Shown here: positions 1 through 9,369 of the stretch, piece by piece
How the letters are laid out: each line of letters starts with the position of its first letter
Numbering within the stretch: position 1 is the stretch's first letter
Origin: an uncultured Dehalococcoidia bacterium
GTDB lineage: Bacteria; Chloroflexota; Dehalococcoidia; Lucifugimonadales; CAJWER01
Assembly: GCA_964608025.1 (NCBI GenBank)
Contig: CAZSLO010000001.1
Location: 3,114 to 67,113 of the forward strand
DNA: 64,000 nt
Direction of reading: 5' to 3'
The notes under the pieces: generated by a model
The model's database searches: none
What the model saw: the letters and a program-made list of their open reading frames with translations, nothing else
What the model was told of the DNA's origin: nothing
Program-made: the position numbers and the translations under genes

Positions 1-534
1 CTCACTTACTATCAATCTAAGATTATTGCCGGTTGCCTCAGCCAGTGCCCAGATAGCTTTAGGTTCTATAATGATCCCGCTTTTCTGAGCGCGTTGGCTG
101 ATCCAACGGGTGATTTGTCCCGAATTCGGGCGGCCGAAATACTTTGAGGATCCTACTTCATCTATGATTTTGAATAGTGGATTGGATTTACTGATTGCAG
201 TTTCTACAAATACGATTTCAGTTGTTTCAGGCAATGAGGATAAATTTTCTCCTAATTGATCCCATGGACCTAATTCAGGCGATTGTTTACTCGACTGTGC
301 CCCGCGCTTGCTACGTTCGAATCGTGACAATAGCCCCTTAATAATTACTAGGCGTTTGTCTGCGAGGAACGGCACCGTGTTTGCTAATGCCAGTAATTCG
401 TCGATTGAAATTGATTCGCCTTCTACCTCGGTGATATTGACGTCCCGAAGATCAGCAATACCTATCCCATTCTTGATAGAAGATAAAGTTTCTTCTATCG
501 TAAAATCATCGTCACCATGGAACAGATAAATCAA
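1..534 (-). CDS. holA: DNA polymerase III delta subunit, 5' part (runs off the window edge)
   Basis: Manual minus-strand translation from TTG at 534: MIYLFHGDDDFTIEE...ANTVPFLADKRLVIIKGLL, typical HolA N-terminus; absent from ORF track because no stop lies in the window. Confidence 0.85.
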   Translation of the reverse strand, partial: MIYLFHGDDDFTIEETLSSIKNGIGIADLRDVNITEVEGESISIDELLALANTVPFLADKRLVIIKGLLSRFERSKRGAQSSKQSPELGPWDQLGENLSSLPETTEIVFVETAISKSNPLFKIIDEVGSSKYFGRPNSGQITRWISQRAQKSGIIIEPKAIWALAEATGNNLRLIVSE

Positions 535-590
535 CTGGCAGGCCTCATTTCTGGTGTGTTCTATAATAAGGGTACGGAGGTGTCAATAAG

Positions 591-974
591 GTGTTTAGAG
601 CGTTAATTTTATTGCTTAACATGACTGGGATTCCGCGGTTGATGATACGGTTAATGCGAGATAGCAGGGTGCCTTTAAAAACTAAAATGATTCCTGTATT
701 AGCGCTCCTCTATTTCATATCGCCTTTTGACTTACTACATGACATCATACCAGCGTGGGGACGAATAGATGATATCCTCGCTATTTTGTTAGGGATTGTC
801 ATTTTTCTGGTTGCGGCTCCAATAAAAGTGGTCCTGGAGCATGCTAGAGGAAGAGGATCTGATGATGGTGATAGGGAAAATCATCCCTATCGTAAAGACA
901 AGGATGGACCTGATGGTACCGTTATAGATGGTAAGTATAGGTATGTAGAAGATGATGGTGAGAAGCGTTCTTGA
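591..974 (+). CDS. YkvA/DUF1232 family membrane protein
   Basis: LLYFISPFDLLHDIIPAWGRIDD matches the Y..SP.D..PD.IP..G..DD family motif; GGAGG upstream. Confidence 0.85.
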   Translation: MFRALILLLNMTGIPRLMIRLMRDSRVPLKTKMIPVLALLYFISPFDLLHDIIPAWGRIDDILAILLGIVIFLVAAPIKVVLEHARGRGSDDGDRENHPYRKDKDGPDGTVIDGKYRYVEDDGEKRS

Positions 975-979
975 TTTTA

Positions 980-2146
980 TTATCCGATTGTAACGATATC
1001 CCTCTGAATTGAGGTAGTGACGACCGGGGATTTTTCAGAAATGTAGACATCTATCTCGGACCGTACTCCAAAATCGGGTAGATATATTCCAGGTTCAATT
1101 GTAAGTCCAATTCCCGGTATGATTTTGCGGGTATCATGTGTTTCCCAACTATCTAGATTCACGGCGTTGCCGTGTACCTCTCGTCCCAGGCTATGACCTA
1201 ATCTATGGGTAAAGTAAGTTCCAAATCCTGATGCTTCAATATAATCACGCGCGATCTTATCGATCTCCCACCCTTGAGGGTAATGACTGTTACTCATCAT
1301 AATTTGTATCTTCTCCAATGCAGAATCTCTTGCCCCGATCACGGTATCGAACACTTCTTGCTGCTTCCTTGGGATCTTGTTGCCGCCAAATGCAGTCCAC
1401 GTAATGTCGGCAAACATCGTATCAACACCAGGGAGCCGCCCCCATAGATCAATCAGAATCCAGTCGCCGGGTTTTATCCTCACTGCGGATTTTTCAGTTG
1501 GATTGAAATGAGGGTCAGAAGAATGTTCGTTGACAGCTACGACGGGTCCGTCAGTCACAACAAGTCCTTCGTCTTGGAAGCGAGATTTGATTAACTCGGC
1601 GACTTCGAACTCAGTCACGTCTTTTGCTATGCGATTACCGATATAATCAAAGGCCTCCTGGACAATCCTACTTAGTTTTTTCGCCGCTATCTTATGGCTG
1701 GCGAGCTGTTTCTCAGTCCATCTTTGTGTGGCGTATTGAACGATATCTGCTGATGAAATTATCTTTATTCCTAATCCCCGAACAAGATCTAACGTACCTG
1801 CGTCTACTCTTGATATACGGGGCAAAGAACAGTTTGGTGAATATTCCATTGCGATTTGATTTTGATTGCCGACAATTCCCTTTAATTCGGAGATCATGTT
1901 CGCGCGTCCATTAAATAGAACAGTGTTCAGTCCTAGGTGATTAAATCTACCTTGATCAACGTGGGCTACTAGTAGAGAAGGCTGTCCGTCTGCAGGTATC
2001 CACAACCAGCATGGACGAGTTACGTTTGCAATGGGTCCTACGGTTTCCCAGAAAACTGGATTCATGCCACGGTAGTCGTATAGCAGCCAGCCCCCGATAT
2101 CGTGTCCTCTTAGATATTCCTGTGCTGCTGTAGTTACCCTTTCCAT
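980..2146 (-). CDS. M24 family Xaa-Pro aminopeptidase
   Basis: Metal-binding motifs DPHF, ADITWT, HRLGHSLG, TIEPGIY, GVRSEID; start moved to ATG 2146 behind GGAGG. Confidence 0.85.
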   Translation of the reverse strand: MERVTTAAQEYLRGHDIGGWLLYDYRGMNPVFWETVGPIANVTRPCWLWIPADGQPSLLVAHVDQGRFNHLGLNTVLFNGRANMISELKGIVGNQNQIAMEYSPNCSLPRISRVDAGTLDLVRGLGIKIISSADIVQYATQRWTEKQLASHKIAAKKLSRIVQEAFDYIGNRIAKDVTEFEVAELIKSRFQDEGLVVTDGPVVAVNEHSSDPHFNPTEKSAVRIKPGDWILIDLWGRLPGVDTMFADITWTAFGGNKIPRKQQEVFDTVIGARDSALEKIQIMMSNSHYPQGWEIDKIARDYIEASGFGTYFTHRLGHSLGREVHGNAVNLDSWETHDTRKIIPGIGLTIEPGIYLPDFGVRSEIDVYISEKSPVVTTSIQRDIVTIG

Positions 2147-2273
2147 TGACTTGTTTCCTCCAAACATTGAATTACGGGAGCCTAGGTTGGTTTGGTCTTG
2201 ATGTCAATTGGCTTGACTGGGATCCAAATGATGGTTTGGTAGAATGGGGTAGCTCGACATTACTATTAGTGGT

Positions 2274-3818
2274 GTGATGAATATGCCAAGTTTGGTTCTC
2301 GTAGAACGTGCGGCTTGTTTTGGAACTGAAATAGCCGTGATTGACGATTTCGGATCGCATAGCTATAACGATCTCTTGGAATCTTCGGCCCGATTGGCAA
2401 CCGGGTTACTCGATGGAAATCTTGATTTGAAACAGGCTAGGATCGCGTTCTTGGTACACCCAAGCTTCGAATATGTCGTAACACAGTGGGGCATATGGAG
2501 AGCTGGTGGGATTGCGGTGCCGTTGGCTGTCTCACATCCCAGAGCTGAACTCGAATACACAATCGAGGACGCAGATGTTTCGGTGATAGTTGTACACCCG
2601 GAGTTCCGAGAAAAATTACGGTCAATTGCGGATGAAAGAGGCCTCCAGCTCATACTGACAACAGACCTACTGGGTAACGAGGTAACCCATCTTCCAGATG
2701 TCAGTGAGAAAAGAGCTGCAACCATACTCTATACAAGTGGTTCAACCGGCAATCCCAAGGGTGTTGTTACCACTCATGCTGCTATCGAATCCCAGGTTAC
2801 AACACTTGTTGAAGCCTGGGATTGGAAACCTGATGATCATATCTTGAATGTGTTACCCCTCCATCACGTTCATGGAATTATCAATGCCATGACGTGTGCT
2901 TTATGGAGCGGCGCCACTTGTGAGATGCAACCCTCTTTTGAACCTGGCAGGGTATGGAATCGTCTTGGTAGTGGAGATCTTACACTTTTTATGGCGGTTC
3001 CAACGACTTATAAAGCCCTCATTCAGCAATGGGAGTCTGCTAGCACGGACCGACAACAGTTTTTGTCAGACGGAGCGTCAAGATTAAGACTCATGGTTTC
3101 CGGTTCGGATGCCCTTCTTGTAAGTACACTGGAGAGATGGAAGGAAATCACCGGCCATGTATTACTGGAACGGTATGGTATGACAGAAATAGGTATGGCG
3201 CTTTCTAATCCCCTAAACGGAGACCGGATTCCAGGCCATGTTGGTTATCCACTTCCAGGGGTTGAAGTCAGGCTTTCTGTGCTTGAAATAGAGGAAGAGA
3301 CTGGTAGACATATTCACGGGGGACCTGTGCAACCCGGTTCCCCCGGAGAGATTCAAATTCGCGGTCCTAGTGTCTTCCACGAATACTGGCGTCGTGAAGA
3401 AGCCACCGTGGAGGCTTTTTCACAAGGCGGTTGGTTCTGTTCCGGGGACGTGGCATCCTTGGAGCCGGTTGGGTACAGGATCTGGGGACGCGCTTCTCAA
3501 GACATCATCATAACTGGTGGTGAAAATGTTTCGGCCAAGGAAGTCGAACAAGTACTGTCTACTCATCCTGCCATTATGTCTTGCGCTGTAGTAGGAGTGC
3601 AGGATTCTTACTGGGGAAAAGCCGTTTCTGTGGCGGTAGTAGTCGTAGAAGGAGAGACGATAACTCGCGAGTTGCTCCGTGAATGGGCCCGTGACAAGCT
3701 GGCGCCTTATAAATTGCCCCAAAGGGTGAAAATAGTTCAATCACTACCAATGAACTCTATGGGCAAACTTATCAAGCCTAAAGTGGTGGAAATGTTCATG
3801 CCTGATAGTGGGAATTAA
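2274..3818 (+). CDS. Acyl-CoA synthetase (AMP-forming, MatB/ACSF3-like)
   Basis: YTSGSTGNPKG, LPLHHVHG, LERYGMTE, SGD and terminal K motifs of the ANL superfamily. Confidence 0.85.
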   Translation: MMNMPSLVLVERAACFGTEIAVIDDFGSHSYNDLLESSARLATGLLDGNLDLKQARIAFLVHPSFEYVVTQWGIWRAGGIAVPLAVSHPRAELEYTIEDADVSVIVVHPEFREKLRSIADERGLQLILTTDLLGNEVTHLPDVSEKRAATILYTSGSTGNPKGVVTTHAAIESQVTTLVEAWDWKPDDHILNVLPLHHVHGIINAMTCALWSGATCEMQPSFEPGRVWNRLGSGDLTLFMAVPTTYKALIQQWESASTDRQQFLSDGASRLRLMVSGSDALLVSTLERWKEITGHVLLERYGMTEIGMALSNPLNGDRIPGHVGYPLPGVEVRLSVLEIEEETGRHIHGGPVQPGSPGEIQIRGPSVFHEYWRREEATVEAFSQGGWFCSGDVASLEPVGYRIWGRASQDIIITGGENVSAKEVEQVLSTHPAIMSCAVVGVQDSYWGKAVSVAVVVVEGETITRELLREWARDKLAPYKLPQRVKIVQSLPMNSMGKLIKPKVVEMFMPDSGN

Positions 3819-3820
3819 CA

Positions 3821-4030
3821 ATGAATATGGAACAAGTCGATCAAGAGGAAGTGGATGTGAGAGTAAAGTTTGTTTTGAATAAATATGGTGCCATGATCGA
3901 TCCGAGTGTATTTGGAGAAATTAGGCGTTGGATCCAGGGCATTGTGTTTGCGGGTGAAGAGCTTAAGGCGGTCAAGCTCCAAAACGACATGGTCCCCGGT
4001 GTATCCGCAGTTCCATATAGAGAGGATTGA
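3821..4030 (+). CDS. Small protein translationally coupled to an amidase (GatC/AtzG-like position)
   Basis: 69 aa; starts 2 nt after the upstream stop; its TGA overlaps the amidase ATG (TGATG). Confidence 0.6.
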   Translation: MNMEQVDQEEVDVRVKFVLNKYGAMIDPSVFGEIRRWIQGIVFAGEELKAVKLQNDMVPGVSAVPYRED

Positions 4031-5436
4031 TGTCGTTGAATGATTTTGTATTTAGGCCGATACGTCAACTATCGCATATGGTGCGTAACAGGGAGGTTTC
4101 ATCTGTAGAGCTTGTCAATGGATTTATTGAGCGACTCGAAAGAATCGGATCGGAATTTAATGCTGTTGTGAAAATCACTCCTGAACGTGCATTGGTTGAG
4201 GCACAATGCGCAGATGAAGAGATCGCACGCGGTTGTTACAGGGGCCCATTACATGGAATTCCGTACGGTGTGAAAGATCTCTTGGCTACAAATAGTATTC
4301 CGACCACTTGGGGTGCGACTCCTTTTCGAAACCAGGTGTTTGATTACGATGCTACTGTTATTCGAAATTTACTCGAATCGGGTGCTGTTTTGGTCGCCAA
4401 GTTGGCTATGGTTGAACTAGCAGGGGGTATGGGCTATGAGCGTGCAGATTCGTCATTTACGGGCCCTGGATTGAATCCTTGGGATAAGCGAAGGTGGTCT
4501 GGTGGTTCTTCCTCGGGTTCGGGAGCATCCATTGCGGCAGGTTTGGTGCCCTTTGCTATTGGGTCAGAGACGTGGGGTTCTATATTGATACCGGCATCGT
4601 TTTGTGGGATATCTGGGTTTAGACCAACATACGGTAGAGTGAGCAGATATGGGGCAATGTCTTTATCTTGGACCCTCGACAAACTCGGTCCCCTTTGCCT
4701 AAATGCCGATGATTGTGGACTTGTTTTGGATGCGATCTCGGGACCGGATCCTAAAGATGGAAGTACTGCGAATAGGTTCTATCGTTACGATGGCCTTAGG
4801 GAACGAAGTTCCCGGATCAAACTTGCCATTCCAAAGGATAGTATAGCTGGACATGATGAGGATACACAGAAAAATTTCGAAGCTGCCCTAGATGTGTTAA
4901 AAAACATAGCTGATATTGAAGAGGTTGAATTACCGGATTATCCGTATGAAGCAGCTGTGACTACTATAATTAATGCCGAATCAGCCAGTGCATTCGAGGA
5001 ATTTGTTGATGAAGGAAAGCCTTCGGAACTCGCTGATCGAGCGGATAGGTTCGGTCCTTATGCAAGGAGGGCTGTTCTCGCTACCGAATACCTGAAGGCA
5101 ATGCGCCTGCGGCCTGCGATAGCTCGTGATATTGACGAATTACTTGCTCCTTATGAAGCCATCGTGGCCCCAACATCGGGCGAAGCTCCATCTACCGACG
5201 ATGTGTTTGATAGGGTAGGGCGTGGAAGGCGAGGGTTAAGTGCACCGGTATCTGCCATTGGAAATCTGATTGGACTTCCTGCGATTACAGTACCGAATGG
5301 GTTTACGCGGAACGGTTTACCTACAGGTATACAATTTATGGGTCGTGCTTATGATGAGAACCCGGTTCTTTTTGTAGCGAGTGAGTATCAGTCACTGACT
5401 GATTGGCATAATCTACATCCTAAAGTTCCCGACTAA
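4030..5436 (+). CDS. Amidase signature family protein
   Basis: GPLHGIPYGVKD, GGSSSGS, GSETWGSI (Lys-cisSer-Ser triad region). Confidence 0.9.
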   Translation: MSLNDFVFRPIRQLSHMVRNREVSSVELVNGFIERLERIGSEFNAVVKITPERALVEAQCADEEIARGCYRGPLHGIPYGVKDLLATNSIPTTWGATPFRNQVFDYDATVIRNLLESGAVLVAKLAMVELAGGMGYERADSSFTGPGLNPWDKRRWSGGSSSGSGASIAAGLVPFAIGSETWGSILIPASFCGISGFRPTYGRVSRYGAMSLSWTLDKLGPLCLNADDCGLVLDAISGPDPKDGSTANRFYRYDGLRERSSRIKLAIPKDSIAGHDEDTQKNFEAALDVLKNIADIEEVELPDYPYEAAVTTIINAESASAFEEFVDEGKPSELADRADRFGPYARRAVLATEYLKAMRLRPAIARDIDELLAPYEAIVAPTSGEAPSTDDVFDRVGRGRRGLSAPVSAIGNLIGLPAITVPNGFTRNGLPTGIQFMGRAYDENPVLFVASEYQSLTDWHNLHPKVPD

Positions 5437-5478
5437 TGTCCATTTAGCAATGAAATGGAATGAAGGAGTCTAACTGCG

Positions 5479-7446
5479 ATGGCTGAAATCCGGTCTATAG
5501 ATCCTGGACATATTTACGAATTAACCACTGTTGGAAATCCATCAATATCACCAGATGGGACTCAGGTAGTTTTCAGCAAATCCCGACTAGACCACGATTC
5601 AATGAAGGCACGTTCCAGGTTAGTTATGGCGACATTGCCTGAAGGCGGGCAACGTGTTTTTTCACGAGGAGATTCGGACGGCTCGCCAGAATTTTCCCCG
5701 GATGGATCTCAGATTGCTTTTATCAGACCAGATAAAGATGGCAATAGACAGCTTTGGTTGATTCCGTTGGATTTTGGAGAAGCTTATCAATTAACGGATG
5801 TTCTTGGCGGGATCGGTGACTACGCATGGTCTCCAGATGGTCTTAGTATCGCGTTTGTCTCCGACACTTGTAAGCCTGAGGATATAAAGAACGGAAATGT
5901 AGAACCTTATTCCCGAGTGGTAACAAGTATTCGCTACCGAAATGATCAAGATGGGTGGCGCGGGGATAGTTTCTATCACATATTCGTAGTAGATGTAGCA
6001 ACACGTGGTATTAGACAGATCACCGACGGTAATGCCGATGATATCGCTCCAATCTGGTCTCCGGACGGTAGTCGAATTGCTTTTGTTTCAGATAGAAATC
6101 AGGATCGCGATTCTTCATGGCAGGCAGGAGTATATGTTTTCACGTTAGAAAATGAAAAAACTACAAGATGGACGGAAGGTGTATCTTGTTTTAGCCAGAA
6201 CCCTTTATCTGGTGCTCTTGCTTGGTCTCCCGATGGCACCCGGTTAGCGATTGTTGGGACGGACGATCCTGATTTAGGTGATCCGCGACAGGCGGCCCTT
6301 TTTATTGCAAGTATGGGTGGTGTCCCCGTCAAACTCACAGATGGTTTCCACACACCAGTTTTGGTAAATAATATATCGCCAAATTCAGGAATAAGATGGA
6401 CCGAGCAAGACAGAATTATTCTGGTCTTGGATCATCGTGGGGAGTCTTACTTATGTGAGGTTTCTGTGTCCGACAGATCTCTTAAAATAATTGTAGGTGG
6501 TGGAGTGCAGTTAACGGCTATAACGGTAGATAGATCTGCTAGCCGAGCGGTTTTTGTTTCGACGCCGGCGCAGTCATCGGGGGATCTTTATCTTGTTGAT
6601 TTACATGCCGGCTCACAAATACAACTAACTAGGTTTAACGATAGTTATTTCTCAGGCCACCCGCCTGGCCCAATGGAAAAATTCTCGGTGAAACGGGGTG
6701 CGATTGAGATAGAGTCTAGATTGATAGTACCTCCGGGCTTTGATCAGGCAAACCAATATCCTCTGGTAGTTGACGTACACGGAGGTCCCCAGGGTCGTTT
6801 TATGGATTCATTCGACCCACGACAACAAGTTCTTGCTACAGCAGGATATTTGGTGCTGGCTGTCAATCCAAGAGGTTCTACATCTTATGGATTGAGCTTT
6901 GCTAAATCTGTCCTAGGGGACTGGGGTGGGGAAGACTATCTAGATATCATGAAAGCTTTGGACGAGGTATGTCTCAGGGACTATGTTGATGAAACAAGGC
7001 TTGGTATTCATGGATACAGCTATGGAGGATTCATGAGTGCCTGGGCTGTCGGCCATACAGATCGCTTTAGAGCGGCGGTCGTTGGTGCCCCAGTAGTCAA
7101 TCTTGTGAGTATGTACGGTACTTCCGATATCGGGGTGAGCTTTGGGGAGCCCCAGTGGGGTGGTCAGTTGGTGGATGCTTTCGACGCTTTTGTTGAACAT
7201 TCTCCTCTTATGTATGCTGCCAATGTAGAAACTCCTGTCCTATTGTTACATGGAGAATCCGACCACCGTTGTCCAATCAGTCAGAGCGAAGAATTCTTTG
7301 TTTCCCTCAAGAGGCTTGGGAAAACTGTTGAATTTGTGCGGTTCCCTGGGTGCAATCATGGTTTTGTTCGGGGCGGTCATCCGAAGATGCGCGAGGAATA
7401 TTTCACTCGGATGAAGGACTGGTTTGACAAGTATTTGATGTATTAA
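5479..7446 (+). CDS. S9 family peptidase (acylaminoacyl/dipeptidyl peptidase) with PD40 repeats
   Basis: WSPDG repeats, HGGP, GYSYGG nucleophile, D and H triad residues. Confidence 0.92.
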   Translation: MAEIRSIDPGHIYELTTVGNPSISPDGTQVVFSKSRLDHDSMKARSRLVMATLPEGGQRVFSRGDSDGSPEFSPDGSQIAFIRPDKDGNRQLWLIPLDFGEAYQLTDVLGGIGDYAWSPDGLSIAFVSDTCKPEDIKNGNVEPYSRVVTSIRYRNDQDGWRGDSFYHIFVVDVATRGIRQITDGNADDIAPIWSPDGSRIAFVSDRNQDRDSSWQAGVYVFTLENEKTTRWTEGVSCFSQNPLSGALAWSPDGTRLAIVGTDDPDLGDPRQAALFIASMGGVPVKLTDGFHTPVLVNNISPNSGIRWTEQDRIILVLDHRGESYLCEVSVSDRSLKIIVGGGVQLTAITVDRSASRAVFVSTPAQSSGDLYLVDLHAGSQIQLTRFNDSYFSGHPPGPMEKFSVKRGAIEIESRLIVPPGFDQANQYPLVVDVHGGPQGRFMDSFDPRQQVLATAGYLVLAVNPRGSTSYGLSFAKSVLGDWGGEDYLDIMKALDEVCLRDYVDETRLGIHGYSYGGFMSAWAVGHTDRFRAAVVGAPVVNLVSMYGTSDIGVSFGEPQWGGQLVDAFDAFVEHSPLMYAANVETPVLLLHGESDHRCPISQSEEFFVSLKRLGKTVEFVRFPGCNHGFVRGGHPKMREEYFTRMKDWFDKYLMY

Positions 7447-8060
7447 GAACAGGGGTTGTGATCTGTCTGGGCCAAGTTGTAGTCCTTGGGGGTATTCAAG
7501 TCTAGGCGTATGATCGGATCATCGATTGTTACTTCATTCACCTCGTTGATATGGGCTTGTAGTATAGCCCGAACACCTTTCCCATCCTCAGTAATGTTTG
7601 CGAGCTCTTCTCTAAGGGAGGTGGAAAATATAATGGGATGGCCTCCATGGCCTTTATATCGAGGAGATGTGATTTTTGCTTTAGCAGCTAGGTGTGCATC
7701 AACTATAGTTGATATGATTTGGGGTGGACGTGGTTGATCAATTGCTAAAAGTATTATGTCAGTTGCCGAAGATTTTACGGAATTGAGGCCGACCTTGATT
7801 GATGTAGTCTTGCCCTGTGCATAATCTGGGTTGATTACGTATCTAACACCAGTACCGTTAATGTGGGGGATCACTAACTGCGCATCGTGTCCCAGCACAA
7901 CTATAATTTCGGAAGAACAACTTTCCCTAAGGCTGGCGATTTGATATTTGATTAGATGGGTTCCGTCCCAATCCAAGAGGGCTTTAGGCTGGCCCATACG
8001 AGTGGATTGTCCAGCGGTTGTAAGTATGGCGGCGATCCGGGATTGGTGCCGTAGGTTCAT
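7443..8060 (-). CDS. Molybdenum cofactor cytidylyltransferase-like nucleotidyltransferase (MocA family)
   Basis: AGQSTRMGQPKALL, DQP, GHP, DLNTPKD; adjacent to an XdhC gene. Confidence 0.8.
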   Translation of the reverse strand: MNLRHQSRIAAILTTAGQSTRMGQPKALLDWDGTHLIKYQIASLRESCSSEIIVVLGHDAQLVIPHINGTGVRYVINPDYAQGKTTSIKVGLNSVKSSATDIILLAIDQPRPPQIISTIVDAHLAAKAKITSPRYKGHGGHPIIFSTSLREELANITEDGKGVRAILQAHINEVNEVTIDDPIIRLDLNTPKDYNLAQTDHNPCS

Positions 8061-8138
8061 ACTTTTTCTGTCCTATGAAGTTGTAGGAATTGATATGTGT
8101 GGCGGCACGTTGTTCATGTGACTAACTGTGGCTTTAGG

Positions 8139-9278
8139 CTAGCCCTCCGATGATTTCGGATCAACTTCCACTTTTTCCCTGATACGGTCGATGCGCCATT
8201 CCTCGATCTTCATAGGCTGACCTGTGCCTCCGAGCCGGAACATCAAGATTTCAGCAATAATGCTGACAGCGATTTCTTCTGGAGTACGACCGTGGATATC
8301 AAGTCCTACAGGTGATCGAATTTCACGAATGCGATCAATTGGGACACAAGCACGAATTAGGTCTTCATAAATAAGTATCGCTTTTCGCTTGCTGCCAAGT
8401 AGTCCAACATACTTTGCAGTAGTCCGAGCGGCTGCTTCTAGGGCAACATTGTCATATCGGTGTCCTCGGGTAGCAATTATGATGAAGGTGTTTGGGTTAA
8501 CTGGAAGTTTTGGAATGGCATTCTCGGGCTTATCAACTACTAGTAGGTCAGCCTCAGGATAACGATCAGGATTGGCAAATTCTTCCCGGTCATCGGTTAC
8601 GAAAATCCGAAATCCCAGATTTTTAGCAATTGGTGCGATTGCTTTTGACACATGGCCTCCACCACAGAGAATGAGCTGAGGAGGTGTGGTATAAGCTTCG
8701 ATAAAAAACTCAGTATCGTCTTTCACCGATACGACCTCGTTATTTCCATGGATCATTAATTCCCGAGCTTTTTTGCTGGCAAGATCATCTAGGTCTTGGT
8801 TACCCAAGGTTCCTTCAATTGAGCCATCTTCCCGTATGAACAGTTTCGATCCTATGCTCGGATTACCAGGTTTTCTTGTTTTTGTTATGGATGCGAGGGC
8901 CACCGCGGGTCCGCCTGTGTACGCTTCATCGATCTCACGGGCGTATTTTAAATAACTGCTGGGATCGTATACGGGGTCAATAAGGAAATACATTGTTCCG
9001 CCACAGACTAGACCATCTTCTGCCGCTAGATCTTCGTTAAGTTCGTAATCGCGATATTGTGCCTTACCACCACGTTTCATCAATTCTTTAGCCGCAAACC
9101 AGATGTCACCCTCTACGCAGCCTCCACCTAGCGTCCCAACACCTGTTCCGTCATCCCGGACAAGGAGCTTAGCCCCGGGTTTTTGAGGTGTTGAGCCCTT
9201 GGTGTGTACAACTGTTGCGACCACAACTGGGTGTCCGCGATCAAGTTCAGTTACAGCTTCGTGGAATACTTCCTTCAT
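8139..9278 (-). CDS. XdhC/CoxI family molybdoenzyme maturation factor
   Basis: GSTPQKPGAK, GTLGGGCVEG, CGG, GGGHVS, PVGLDI..TPEEIAVSI. Confidence 0.88.
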   Translation of the reverse strand: MKEVFHEAVTELDRGHPVVVATVVHTKGSTPQKPGAKLLVRDDGTGVGTLGGGCVEGDIWFAAKELMKRGGKAQYRDYELNEDLAAEDGLVCGGTMYFLIDPVYDPSSYLKYAREIDEAYTGGPAVALASITKTRKPGNPSIGSKLFIREDGSIEGTLGNQDLDDLASKKARELMIHGNNEVVSVKDDTEFFIEAYTTPPQLILCGGGHVSKAIAPIAKNLGFRIFVTDDREEFANPDRYPEADLLVVDKPENAIPKLPVNPNTFIIIATRGHRYDNVALEAAARTTAKYVGLLGSKRKAILIYEDLIRACVPIDRIREIRSPVGLDIHGRTPEEIAVSIIAEILMFRLGGTGQPMKIEEWRIDRIREKVEVDPKSSEG

Positions 9279-9369
9279 GGCATTGTGTTATTGCGTTTGT
9301 CTATTAAGAAAACAAGAACTATATGATGGTTTAGGGTAAAAAACATTATACCAACGGCAGACTTTCAGG

